A DNA stretch of 64,000 nucleotides, from contig NC_042997.1 in assembly GCF_006345805.1 (NCBI RefSeq), forward strand, positions 156,302,001 to 156,366,000, given 5' to 3'. The position numbers and the translations under genes are program-made. Each line of letters opens with the position of its first letter. Within the stretch, counting starts at the first letter, position 1. Under the pieces are notes generated by a model that did not search any database, was not told where the DNA came from, and was given only the letters and a program-made list of their open reading frames with translations. The stretch is from Octopus sinensis (taxonomy: Eukaryota). This document shows, piece by piece, positions 26,951 to 39,820 of this stretch.

Positions 26951-28048
26951 GATTCTAATGACAAAAATTGCTATGGTGATTATATGTCTGAACATTAGAA
27001 TCAAAGTAATTCTTTGCCTTCTTTGATTACACGTCATATAATATATTGATTTCTAGTATTTCCAATGATTTTCAACTAGAAAATCCTTGATATACAACCT
27101 TACATGATAACTCTGATAAAACTTTTCTTACTTAGGGAAATTAAACAAGATTACTTTTGTTTTAAATATAAAAATATCTTATTTCAACTTACTGATAACT
27201 TAGAATATTTATTACACATATTTTTATATTTTTTTTATATACAAATTTTTAATTTAAAACTTCAGAAATAGAAAATGTTTGCAAAATAATATAAATGTGC
27301 AAAATTATTGAAATTTTCAAATTTTCAAAGACCCAAACAAGTGTGAAAAATAAAATTTCTGTCAGCATTACTTACAAAAATACAAATTTAAAATAATTTT
27401 TGCTTGAGCTATTTCTCTATTTTTATCTATTTATTCATTTATTTGCTTAGTTATTTTAGATATAACCCATTTTTATTCCTTCTCAATAAAGTTAAAACTT
27501 TAAATCTTCAAACGACTGAATAAACGGTTATTGTTTTGAGAAATAATAATTTATGTATTATTTTTATATTATTCTTATATTATTGAAATAATATTTGGCA
27601 TGGTCATTTTACCATGAAGAAAGTATAAAAAGAAATACAATAAAATTATGAAAAAAAAAGAAAGAAAAATTGGAAAGTGAACATTGTAATTCACGTAATA
27701 ATTAAATACAAATTAAAAAACAAATATTTGATTTTTCTATAATAAGAAATTGAAATTAGTTGAAAATGTCTGTTAAGTTTTAAAGTAATGAATTAGCTTC
27801 ACTAATTTATAAAGTTATAAACACAAGATGTGTATGTGTATGTGTGTGTGTGTATATATACACACACACATATAATTTATATTTAAAGATATATGTGTGT
27901 GTGTGTGTATGAATATACATATGAATGTGCACAGGTGTATAAATGTACATTTAAACTAAAGGCGGGCTTCAGAGAGGTGTATATTAGCGAATGAATACAC
28001 CTTTTATACAAAAATAACAATTGTGTGTGTCTATATGTATGAACATAT

Positions 28049-28096
<48 letters not shown>

Positions 28097-28750
28097 ATAT
28101 ATACTATACTCTGCCTAATGTCTTGAGTCTTCTATCTTCCTTTTGTAACCTAGCATGTATGTGTGTGTGTGTCTGTAAATAAATATTTAAAAATTCAAAT
28201 ATTTAAGAATTCCAACTCAAATAATATGAATTAAATCCTCCAATGATTAGAAAGGGTATTAAATAATAACTATGGAAATATTCTTAGGGCGAATCTATTC
28301 CAAATTAAATTAAATCAAATCTTTCCTTAGAAAACAAAACAAAGCAAAGTAAAAAAAAAGTTATCATTTAGAAATCAATATTAATAATAATAATAATATC
28401 ATTGTTGTTTTTATTATTATCATCATCCCTTCAATGTGTGATAAATTAATACAGAATTTAAATTGAATACTAATATTTTAGGAAAAGGAGAAAATATTTC
28501 AATAAAATTTGATAAAATAAATGCCACACATATCAAAGCATTCAAAATGGTTATTTAGATAATGAAAATTTTTTTTTATATAATCTTGCTCCAATAATTA
28601 TATTTGTTATCAGAAAAATACATTTTATATATAAAACAGGAATTTATAGTTTTCTATTGATTAAGATTTAGATTATTTCAATTTCTTTATCAGAAAATCT
28701 AATCCCAGTTTGGTCTTTTAAATATGAGCAAGAGATCGGGAATTACTCAC

Positions 28751-28772
28751 CACACAAAAACTAACAATTATG
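28751..28772 (-). CDS. Candidate 22-nt microexon of an unidentified host gene
   Basis: On the - strand: CACTAAT branch-like motif, CCCTATCATTTGCAG| exon CATAATTGTTAGTTTTTGTGTG |GTGAGT; only one frame is open (xIIVSFCV). Confidence 0.3.
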
Positions 28773-28897
28773 CTGCAAATGATAGGGATATTAGTGTGAT
28801 TTATTATTTTGCTATTATTGTATGCAAAGAATTTTAAATTCATTTTTTAGTAATCACTACTCTGAAACCCACATTTAGTTTAAAAGCACATTTAAAC

Positions 28898-28931
<34 letters not shown>

Positions 28932-29014
28932 ATTTCTCTTCAGCATTATCACCCTTTAACATTCATTTTCCATACTGGCATGGGTTATATATATATATAT
29001 ATATATATATAATG

Positions 29015-29389
29015 TAGTTGTGTGGTAACGTAGCTTGCTTACCAACCATATGGTTCCAGGTTCAGTCCCACTGCGTGGCACCTTGGGCAAGTGTCTTCTA
29101 CTATATCCTGGGGCTGACCAAAGCTTTGTGAGTGGATTTGGTAGATGGAAACTGAAAGAAGCCTATCATATATATAAATATATATGCATGTGTGTGTATT
29201 TGTGTTTTTCCCCTTACTATTGCTTGACAACCGATGCTGGTATGTTCACATCCCTGTAACTTAGCAGTTCGTCAAAAGAGACTGATAGAATAAGTACTAG
29301 GCTTACAAAGAATGTCCTGGAGTCAATTTGTTCAACTAAATACGATGCTCCAGCATGGCCACAATCAAATGACTGAAATAAATAAAAGA

Positions 29390-29390
<1 letters not shown>
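29015..29390 (+). mobile_element. SINE family A
   Basis: Homology to 146-527. Confidence 0.9.
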
Positions 29391-29423
<33 letters not shown>

Positions 29424-29822
29424 ATATATAACCACTTTACAACTATATATGTGCAGATGAATACATGCACACATACTACTACCTTCTCCTCTTCATCATC
29501 ATCATCATTTTAATGTCCACTTTTCCATGCTTGCATGGGTTAGACAGAGTTTATAGAGGCTAATTTTCTATGGCTTGATGCCCTTCTAATCGCCTACCCT
29601 GACCTGTTTCTAAATAAAATAATATTTCTCTAGGGCATGTCATGTTTTCACAGAACACCAGAAATGATACTTCTTGTATGACTGTGACACTTATTTTCAA
29701 TTATGAAGGGATGTCAAGACAAAGAGACACCAATATGTACACATTGTTGTGTGCATGTATATGGCATAGTAAAAGTAAATTCAAACCAGTGTCATCATTG
29801 ATGGTGGTTGTGCTGACAGCTT

Positions 29823-30239
29823 CTTATTTCTTTACTACCCACAGAGGGCTAAACATAGAGGGGACAAACAAGGACAGACAAAGGGATTAAGTCAATTACA
29901 TCGAGCCCAGTGCATAACTGGTACTTAATTTATCGACCTTGAAAGGATGAAAGCAAAGTCGGCCTCGATGGAATTTGAACTCAGAACGTTACTGCAGACG
30001 AAATACCTATTTCTTTACTACCCACAAGGGGATAAACACAGGGAGGACAAACAAGGACAGGCAAACGGATTAAGTCGATTATATTGACCCCAGTGCATAA
30101 CTGATACTTAATTTATCGACCCTGAAAGGATGAAAGGCAAAGTCGACCTCGGTGGAATTTGAACTCAGAATGTAACGGCAGACGAAATGCCACTAAGCAT
30201 TTTGCCCGCGTGCTAACGCTTCTGCCAGCTCACCACCTT
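29823..30239 (-). mobile_element. SINE family B, head-to-tail dimer
   Basis: The ~185-bp body is repeated in tandem. Confidence 0.88.
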
Positions 30240-31004
30240 GTGCTGACAGCTTCTATTGTCATCATTGTTTTTACATCTACATATATCATGTCCAAGGTTT
30301 GTATACCAGCATTGTGCTGTACCCATGGTTAAAAAGTCATTGTTACCTGTGCTAGTACTACTGCCAGCATCATTGCCATCGTCATCATCATCGTCATCTT
30401 ACTGTTAATGTTCCATACTGGTATAGACTGGATGATTTGACAAGATTCAACAAATCAGAGTAATATATCAAGATCCAATGTCTGCCTTGTCATGGTTTCT
30501 ATGGCTGGATACCTTGCCTAACACCAACCACTTTACAGTGTACTGGCTATTTTCTTCACAGCACCGGCATGAGAGAGGTTGCCAAGTAACTTAGAAGACT
30601 AGGAAAAAGCCCCCTTAACTTAGTGAAGGTGTACTAGAGAGGGGGTGGGTGGCTTTATACTACATTTTGTGTGGTTAAAACATGATAGAGGGAGAGCAAC
30701 AGGTGTCTTGCTGTAGAGAGATACATGGCTACCCAACATTATATAAGGGTGGGAAGATGTAGCTAGAGAGGAAGGTAAAGAAGGTGATGAAAATGTGTAT
30801 ATGTGTGTGTGTGTCCTCATGCTGTTGTTTATGTGGTCTCTTTATGTTTCATAATTTTTGCAGTTCAACAGAGGTTCATAAAATAAATTCCAGATTGTTA
30901 ATAAGCACGGATGTTGATATGATCGACTAAAACCCTTGAAGGTAATACTCCAGCATGGTCTCAGTCAAATGAACGAAACTAGTAAAAGTATAGAAGAATA
31001 CAAG

Positions 31005-31220
31005 TATACTCTTTTACTTGTTTCAGTCATTTGACTGTGGCCATGCTGGAGCACCGCCTTTAGTCGAGCAAATCGACCCCAGGACTTATTCTTTGTAAGC
31101 CTAGTACTTATTCTAGCGGTCACTTTTGCTGAACCACCAAGTAACAGGGACATAAATACACCAGCATCGGTTGTCAAGCAATGTTGGGGGACAAACACAG
31201 ACACACAAATATATACACAC

Positions 31221-31253
<33 letters not shown>

Positions 31254-31620
31254 CATATAAAAATCACCATGATAGATTGGTAGCCACTGCACACATTTTT
31301 TTTCTCTCCTTGTTTTTTCCGCTCCCTGTTTCTCTTCTTGTTTCTTTCTGTGTTCCTTTCTGTGGAAGAGTGTAGGCTCGAAACGTAAAAGACTTTTTCA
31401 ATTCCTGAGCGTTATACTAATACATCTGTTTGTTTTCTACACCACCTGTCTTCGTCTTTTGAATTCTCCCCCTATGTATATATATATACGACGAGCTTCT
31501 TTCAGTTTCCATCTACCAAATCCACTCACAAGATGCCACGCAGTGGGACTGAACCCTGAACCATGTGGTTCGTAAGCAAGCTACTTACCACACAGCCACT
31601 CTTACGCCTGTGTGAGATTT
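31005..31620 (-). mobile_element. SINE family A with nested 31259-31472 insertion
   Basis: Both halves homologous to 146-527. Confidence 0.9.
31259..31472 (+). mobile_element. ~210-bp (TA)n-flanked element with minimal hammerhead-like motif (copy 1), inserted in a SINE microsatellite
   Basis: CTTT-CTGTGGA-A-GAGT-GTAG-GCTC-GAAAC-GTA-AAAG at 31356-31392; the host SINE resumes on both sides. Confidence 0.65.
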
Positions 31621-34607
31621 TTATTTGCCTAGTCAATGTAGCAACTCTACATAACATAAATTCTAGAAGTTTCTAATGAAAATCATTAAGCTAAAGAGAA
31701 AGTATATCATTCAGATTGATGAATGATATAATAACATTTACACCTTTGAATTTCTTAACTACTTTATAGATTTTGTGAGAAATTCATATTTAATGATAGA
31801 AAAGACCTTTCAAGTTACATTATACATCATATATTTTTATTCCTTCAAGCATGTAGATAGACACATGCAACACACAGTTACATAAATATGCATACATCTT
31901 AAGGTTTTGAAATAAACACTTAACAAGGTTGTTACATGTGTAGTGATAGGTACAGATCTACACATGCAAACACATTCTCTCATATATATATACATTATTT
32001 GACATATTTACCTACACACAATCACTTATATATACACAAGTAATTTATATTAATAATTTAACTTTTATACACACACACACATACATACATACATACATTC
32101 GAACGAACAAACAAACAAACAAATATACAAAGCTGTATGGTTAAGAAATTCACTTCAGAACTGCATGGTTAGATGTTTGGTCTTACTTGAGGATATTGCC
32201 AAGTGATGAAGTGATGTTCTCAACTACATCTACAGTTTGATAAATAACTTGTGAGTGAAATTAGCAGACAGAAACTGAAGAAGTGTGTGTGTGTGTGTGT
32301 GTTCGTGTATGTGTGTCAGTGTGTGTGAGCTTGTGTGAATTAGTTTGCTTTTGGTTCTCATACAAAATATCTCATTTTAAAATAATCTAAATTTAAAATC
32401 TCATTAGAATTTTATTTAAGACTATTTTTTTTCCCTCTGAAGTCAAGTTCCAAATGCCATCATCATTTTAAAATCTCTTTTTCTAGGCAAGTATGGATTA
32501 GAAAAGAGAAGTTATTAAGGATTTTTTTTTTATCGTTGGAAGTCCTTCCTGTTACAAACCCTTATTTGTTTCCAGGGGAGATACTTATTCTCCTGTGCTT
32601 TTCAAACAATGATTCTCTCACTAGCTAGACATGTTTCCATGACAGATATAAACAGTGGTTCCACCTATGCATTAACACTCAATTATACAGTGTCTAAACA
32701 ATGTCAACCCATCCCCCAAACATGAGAGCACTTAGAGCCCTTACAGTTATTTTAAATCCCAGGCCTTGCTATCACTAAAGATCTCTCCTGAAAAAAGTAC
32801 ATCCTTGACACAACTAGCACTGTACCCCAAAGACTGGTTCCTCTCTTTAAGGCCAAAAAATATTTCAGACCCCAACATTTGCTAACACTCTACATAGTTC
32901 CAGTGAAACCCACAATAGAGTATATTGATTCCATATTTGTGATGGTGTTATGCACACACATTCTAGATTGCATCCAGAAAAGAGTCACTTGACTAACTGA
33001 TATTAAATCACCCACAGACATGCTCCAGCTTCTAACCCATAGGTATGTTGTCCCTTCTCCCTGTCTTTTCTATTGTTATTATAATGGCCTCTGTTCCTTG
33101 AATCTGGTTGGGTTTGTGCAACCTTCACTCAAGCATTCTTGTTTCATTCACCTTTCCACCTCTGCCTCTCATCACATCAAGTTCTGCACTAACCACTATT
33201 TCCAGCCCTTCCTCCCCAGAACAACATTCCTCTGAAATCTCCTCCCTGCCCATGTTGTTCTTGCAGGTGTCAACTTGCAACAGTTTAAAAAGAACATTGA
33301 CAACATCAGTCTGACAGGTCTTGGCAGGTCTGCAAAAGTCATGAGCTCTGCCCCTTCCTCCAGACTCAGAAAGTAAAAAAAAAAGATGGGAAGAAATAAA
33401 CACACACACACACACACACACACACGCAGTTGCAGACTCATGCACACACTCATGCATGGGAACAGCTATGATAGAAGACAGACACTTGCCCAAGGTATCA
33501 CACAGCATGAACGAACCCAAAATCATGTGGTTGGAAAGCAACCATCTCAAACACATCAACCACATAGATATGACCACGAAATAATATTCTGAAAACCAAC
33601 TTAATGAAAAAAAATTAATTCTTTCACTAAATCCTTCTAAATCCCTGATTCTTTTCAAAATTAATTAAACTACGTAAGAAGTGTATATTTCATTAGAAAT
33701 ATGGTTGCAAAAAGGTTAATTTATTCTTTGTTGATGAATTGATTGAATGTATATACTTTTACAGCATGTGATAATTGGATCATGATAATACATATACGGT
33801 TAACAATCAAATAGAATACATGAAGAATCTGAGAATCACTTCTGAAATTCTTCAATGAGTTAATGCTCCCTTTGAAAGTAAATATCAAATTATTGTTCTC
33901 CCTCTCTCTATTACCTTTGATATTGAGGATCTTGATATTTTATTAAGATATCTTCTATTAAATCACATTGCTATTTATAATTCTCTCTTCTTTCAATGCT
34001 TTCCATGGTCTCTCAATAGAAGATCATAGTGATTCATTATTGACTATATTATCTGTGATTCTTTGGATTTATTTACATATACAATATTTCAGCTGCAAGA
34101 ATAGACTTATTCACTATTCACTTTAATTCAGTGTATGGAATCATTGCTTAGCTCCTTAGACCCCTGTCATACCCCAATTAATCAGACCTACAAGCAAAGA
34201 CATTAAAGCTAGAACTATCATTTTTTTTTTGAGTGGTAGGGATTGTGTACTTTGAACTACATAATCTAATGTGATCTTTTGTCCAGATAGTAGAGTGTAG
34301 GTTCTACCACAAGGTCCAAGCCTTGTTGTGATGTGGTGCATGTGTGCCTCAATGATACAGAGCTATGCCAGCAGAGCACATGCCCCTAATAGGGCCTCCC
34401 ATGCTAGACAGATCAAAGGATAGAGGCCAGACTAGTATGAACCACCCCTTCTAAGAACAAAAAGTGGGTTTATGTATGGCCAACACTCCTGCCTAAAGAA
34501 AAAGCAGAATTACAGAAGCAGTGGAGGAAGGTTCATAATGGCCTATGCTCTATAAGGAGCAAAAAGCTTAAGAAAAGTAAATAAAGTAAAAAGTAAACAG
34601 ACATAGG

Positions 34608-34804
34608 TATGGCTGTGTGGTAAGAAGTTTGCTTCCCAGCCACATGATTCTGGGTTCAATACCCCTGTATGACACCTTGGGAAAGTGGCTTCTGCTATAG
34701 CCTCAGGTTGACCAAAGCCTTGTGAGTGGATTTAGTAGAAGGAAACTAAAAGAAGCTCATTGTCTATATGTATAAATATATATATATACATATATATATA
34801 TATG

Positions 34805-34857
<53 letters not shown>

Positions 34858-36928
34858 ACTGTCCGTTACCGTCTTGCTTTTTTTACCCCTCTGCGAAAAG
34901 ATCTCAGAATTTTAATTGATTTGCTTTTCGCGGGAGGAATTTTTCTTCGAAGTATACGTCTCGCTTTTATCCTTCGAAACGTTTAGTAGATGAAATCTTA
35001 GCGACTGAAGAAGGGGATTTTTCGTTGTGCTTATTGTCCTGTATCTCTCCCTTTTTTTTGCTTGTCTTGTTCCTTGGTTTGTGTCTATGTGGTTTCGTCT
35101 CTCTATGTGTTCGACGTCTTTTTGGTGTCCTGTACACATATATGCGTGTATATGTACATGTAGAGGTAGGTACGTACATATATGTTTATATATATGCATA
35201 TATTCTATTTTATTAACATATTATACGACTAAACGCACGCACCCTACTAAGTAAGATTGTTCTGTTTATCAAGTTAGCCTTGATATTAACTCTCACGCGA
35301 CTCTGCATCTTTCTTTCTTTCTCTCCATTCCCTTTTCGTCTTTTTTTCCCTCACTTAACTTGTCTCTTCCTCTCTCTCTCATTCTTCATTCTCTCTCTCC
35401 CTTTCACCATTCTTCATGGTCTCCTCGCACCATTCCCCTTCTTCTCTCTCTCTTCCTCTTGCTCCTCCTCCCCCATTCCCGTCATCCATCTGCGATGATA
35501 CTTCTGTCGTAACTGCTATCCTGTCTTTTCTCGCCCGCCTTGTAAGGCTTCTGGTCGACAAATTTTCCCTCTCTCGTCTTCCACGATAATCCAGCGTTTG
35601 CAATACTTTTTTCGTCTGGCGTTAACAGCCCTTCTTATCTTGTTCTCCTTGTCCTGTCTCTCACTGTTATATATTTATTTTTCCAGTTTATATATATATT
35701 TTTTACTGTTTATATGTTTGTACTGTCGTTACCGTCTTGCTTTTTTTACCCCTCTGCGAAAAGATCTCAGAATTTTATTGATTTGCTTTCGCGGAAGGAA
35801 TTTTTCTTCGAAGTATACGTCTCGCTTTTATCCTTCGAAACGTTTAGTAGATGAAATCTTAGCGACTGAAGAAGGGGATTTCGTTGTGCTTATTGTCCTG
35901 TATCTCTCCCTTTTTTTTGCTTGTCTTGTTCCTTGGTTGTGTCTATGTGGTTTCGTCTCTCTATGTGTTCGACGTCTTTTTGGTGTCCTGTACACATATA
36001 TGCGTGTATATGTACATGTAGAGGTAGGTACGTACATATATGTTTATATATATGCATTATTCTATTTAATTAACATATTATACGACTAAACGCACGCACC
36101 CTACTAAGTAAGATTGTTCTGTTTATCAGTTAGCCTTGATATTAACTCTCACGCGACTCTGCATCTTTCTTTCTTTCTCTCCATTCCCTTTTCGTCTTTT
36201 TTTCCCTCACTTAACTTGTCTCTTCCTCTCTCTCTCATTCTTCATTCTCTCTCTCCCTTTCACCAATTTTCATGGTCTCCTCGCACCATTCCCCTCTTCT
36301 TCTCTCTCTTCCTCTTGCTCCTCCTCCCCCATTCCGTCATCCATCTGCGATGATACTTCTGTCGTAACTGCTATCCTGTCTTTTCTCGCCCGCCTTGTAA
36401 GGCTTCTGGTCGACAAATTTTCCCTCTCTCGTCTTCCACGATAATCAGCGTTTGCAATACTTTTTTCGTCTGGCGTTAACAGCCCTTCTTATCTTGTTCT
36501 CCTTGTCCTGTCTCTCACTGTTATATATTTATTTTTCCAGTTTATATATATATTTTTTACTGTTTATATGTTTGTACTGTCGTTACCGTCTTGTTTTTTA
36601 CCCCTCTGCGAAAAGATCTCAGAATTTTAATTGATTTGCTTTCGCGGGAAGGAATTTTTCTTCGAAGTATACGTCTGCTTTTATCCTTCGAAACGTTTAG
36701 TAGATGAAATCTTAGCGACTGAAGAAGGGGATTTTCGTTGTTGTGCTTATTGTCCTGTATCTCTCCTTTTTTTTTGCTTGTCTTGTTCCTTGTTTGTGTC
36801 TATGTGTTTCGTCTCTATATGGTCGACGTCTTTTTGGTGTCCTGTACACATATATGCGTGTATATGTACATGTAGAGGTAGGTACGTCATATATGTTTAT
36901 ATATATGCATATATTCTATTTTATTAAC

Positions 36929-36962
<34 letters not shown>

Positions 36963-37180
36963 ATATATATATGTGTGTGTGTCTGTATTTGTGCTTGTCC
37001 TCCACTACCACCACTTGTCAACTGGCTTTGGTGTGTTTAGATCCCCAAAACTTAACAGTTTGACAAAAGAGACTGGTAAAATAAGTACTAGGCTTAAAAA
37101 AAGTATGGAGTTAATCTTTCAAGGCAGTGCCCCAGCATGGCCAAAATCTAATGACTGAAACAAGGAAAAGATAAAAGATG
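34608..37180 (+). mobile_element. SINE family A split by the 860-bp tandem array
   Basis: 5' half ~34608-34765; 3' half ~36950-37180. Confidence 0.8.
34853..36930. repeat. Tandem array of an ~860-bp unit (~2.4 copies), unclassified
   Basis: TTTGTACTGTC(C)GTTACCG at 34853, 35717 and 36571; copies are nearly identical; (TA)n on both sides; splits a SINE. Confidence 0.92.
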
Positions 37181-37289
37181 AGAGTGTAAGTTACATCTAG
37201 CTGCTATTTCTAGTAGGTTGAACAATCATGTAGTGACTTCATCCAAAGTCATTTTTTTTTTGCTCTGTTTGTTTTTCAGCTATTCTTTT

Positions 37290-37700
37290 ATTCTTTGACT
37301 TGTTTCACTCATTTGACTGTGGCCATGCTGAAGCACTGCCTTTAGTCGAACAAATCGACCCCAGGACTCATTCTTTGTAGGCCTAGTACTTATTCTATCA
37401 GTCTCTTTTGCCATATCACTAAGTTATGGGGATGTAAGCACAGACACACAAACATATACACACACATACATATACATATATATATGTGTATACATACATA
37501 CATATGTACATACGTACGTACGTATGTATGTATACGATGGACTTCTTTCAGGTTTCCATCTACCAAATCTACTCATAAGGCTTTGGTTGGTCTGAGGTTA
37601 TAGTTGAAGACACTCACTCAAGGTGCCACACAGTGGGACTGAACCTGGAACCATTTGGTTGGTAAGCAAGCTACTTGCTACACAGCCACTCCTATACCTA
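37290..37700 (-). mobile_element. SINE family A
   Basis: Homology to 146-527. Confidence 0.9.
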
Positions 37701-38904
37701 TGGCTGATTATCTTAATGTAAACCAATATTCTTTAATCCTTTTTTTTTTAAATCTTCTAATCAGGAGAGAAGACAATGCTCATAAACCTTTACTTCAGTG
37801 GTTTCTAACTTATTTTTACCTCATGACTTCCCCTTGGAACCTTTAATTTTTCCATGACCTCTTTAGACATTATTAGTGAGAAAAGCAATTCAGTAATAAA
37901 TGATTAATAGTAAAAACAGGTCACTTTTGAAAAAAATAATAATAAACTTAAAATAAAAAATATATTTAAAACTTATCAAATAATTATGAAATTTTAAATA
38001 ATAATTGTTTTGAATTAGTTTTATTGTCATGAAATTTATTTCTATAAATCTTTAAAAACTGATGTTAGCAATAATTTATATTCAGTAATGAACATTAAAA
38101 AACTTTTTTTTCAAAGGAGACCTGTTTTCTGCCATTAATGTAATAAACTCCTTAAAAATATCAGTGTCTATGAATTGCACATTATTCTCTATTATTCTAA
38201 TTCACAAATATAAAAATATTTTGTGGGTTCAATAAAACAACCATTTATAATGACACATTTTTCTGATGAACACAAAAGAAAAAAACTTCTTTTGATGCCT
38301 AGAAAATTAATGACTTCTAAAACATGGTTACTTTTTGAGCACAAAAATAAAATTCTTGTGTAAAATAAAAAAAATATAACATATTACCTATTGACAATAT
38401 GCTTTTAGTATCTCTAACATCTGATACTCTCCCTTCTCATTTCTCTAAGCCATTCTTCTTCCTGATCCACTGCCTGTATCATCTCTTGCTTCTAGAGCAT
38501 TTTGCTCTGGCACCCCATCATCACCATCTTACCTTTCTCCTAAATACTCTCATCCACCTTTATATAAAAGTGGTACAGACAGCTTGCCCTTGGCATAAAA
38601 ATCACTTCTCCCATCTCTCATATACCCGCCGTCACCACCACCACCACCACTTAGTCAAGATGGTCTCCCCCCCCTTTTTTTAAAACTCTTTCCTGTCTTG
38701 CAAGTTACTCGGCAACACCACTAATGCTGGTACTCTCTACACACTGTAGAATAGTTGACTTTAGGAAGGGTATCCAGCCATAGAAACTATGCCAAAGCTG
38801 ACATGGGGTACTATGCAGCTGTGTGGTTCACTAGATCCTGTCAAACCATCCAACCCATGCCAGCATGGAAAAAAAGACGTTAAATGATAGTAATGATGAT
38901 GATC

Positions 38905-39820
38905 AGGATTCATGGTTGTCAGAGATAAACAAAGATAATTTCTACTTATAATTTCAAGGTAATTGCAAGCTTTTGATAGTAGAAAGGACACTTGGCTAAA
39001 ATCTGGCTCAACTAGGGAAGAAGTAGGAATGACAAGGAAATATAATTTTATTTCCATTCAAAGCAATGGAGATATCATAGGAATTTCCTGACTTCCCCGT
39101 AAGTTATTGTTGCCATGATTAAATTTAGCTTGAGGAGTTTGATTACTCTGCAGCTCAACAATACTTATAGTCTGGTATCAACATCAGCTGCCTTTGTTCC
39201 AAAAGAGTCTACATCCAACTTGGAATGTTCATTTCCAGCTCTTTGAACCTAATTTCCATATCACTGTGCAATTTCTACTGCTCAATGTACACTAAAATAC
39301 CTATTTCTTTACTACCCACAAGGGGCTAAACACAGAGAGGACAAACAAGGGCAGACAAATGGATTAAGTCGATTAAATCGACCCCAGTGCGTAACTGGTA
39401 CTTATTTAATCGACCCCGAAAGGATGAAAGGCAAAGTCGACCTCGGCGGAATTTGAACTCAGAATGTAGCGGCAGACGAAATACCGCAAAGCATTTCGCC
39501 TGGCGTGCTAATGTTTCTGCCAGCTCGCCACCTTGTACACTAAAATACCATCCTCTTGCAACTCCTTATCAATAGGGGAAGAGCTGGAAAATGCATCAAC
39601 TCCTGACGCCCAGTATTTATCCTGAATAAATTAAGTTTACTCAGGAAAGTACCTGTAGCCTCTTTGCAAAGCAAAAGATTTATATTTTTACCTTGTAGCT
39701 GTTTGTTCAGCAAATTTGGTTCCTCAAATATATCTGAAAGATAATTTACATTGCATTTGACAGCTATGATTTCTTCTCCAAGCTGTTTACATTCAAAAAC
39801 ATCACAACCCTGTCCCAAAG
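38905..39820 (-). pseudogene. hAT transposase fragments, interrupted by SINE 39295-39535
   Basis: NYLSDIFEEPNLLNKQLQGKN...FLSKLNLF...HFPAL and the C-terminal dimerisation-like LVIPTSSLVEPDFS...LSLTTMNP. Confidence 0.8.
39295..39535 (-). mobile_element. SINE family B
   Basis: GGCGAGCTGGCAGAAAC...GAGTTCAAATTCCGCCGAGGTCGACTTTGCCTTTCATCC...; recurs at ~1333, 9500, 10040, 13480, 51920, 54345 and 61725. Confidence 0.9.

Noticed and set aside
35598-36089. 163-aa hydrophobic ORF in the tandem unit
   Set aside because: The frame is broken in the other copies, and the composition reflects CT- and TA-rich low complexity.
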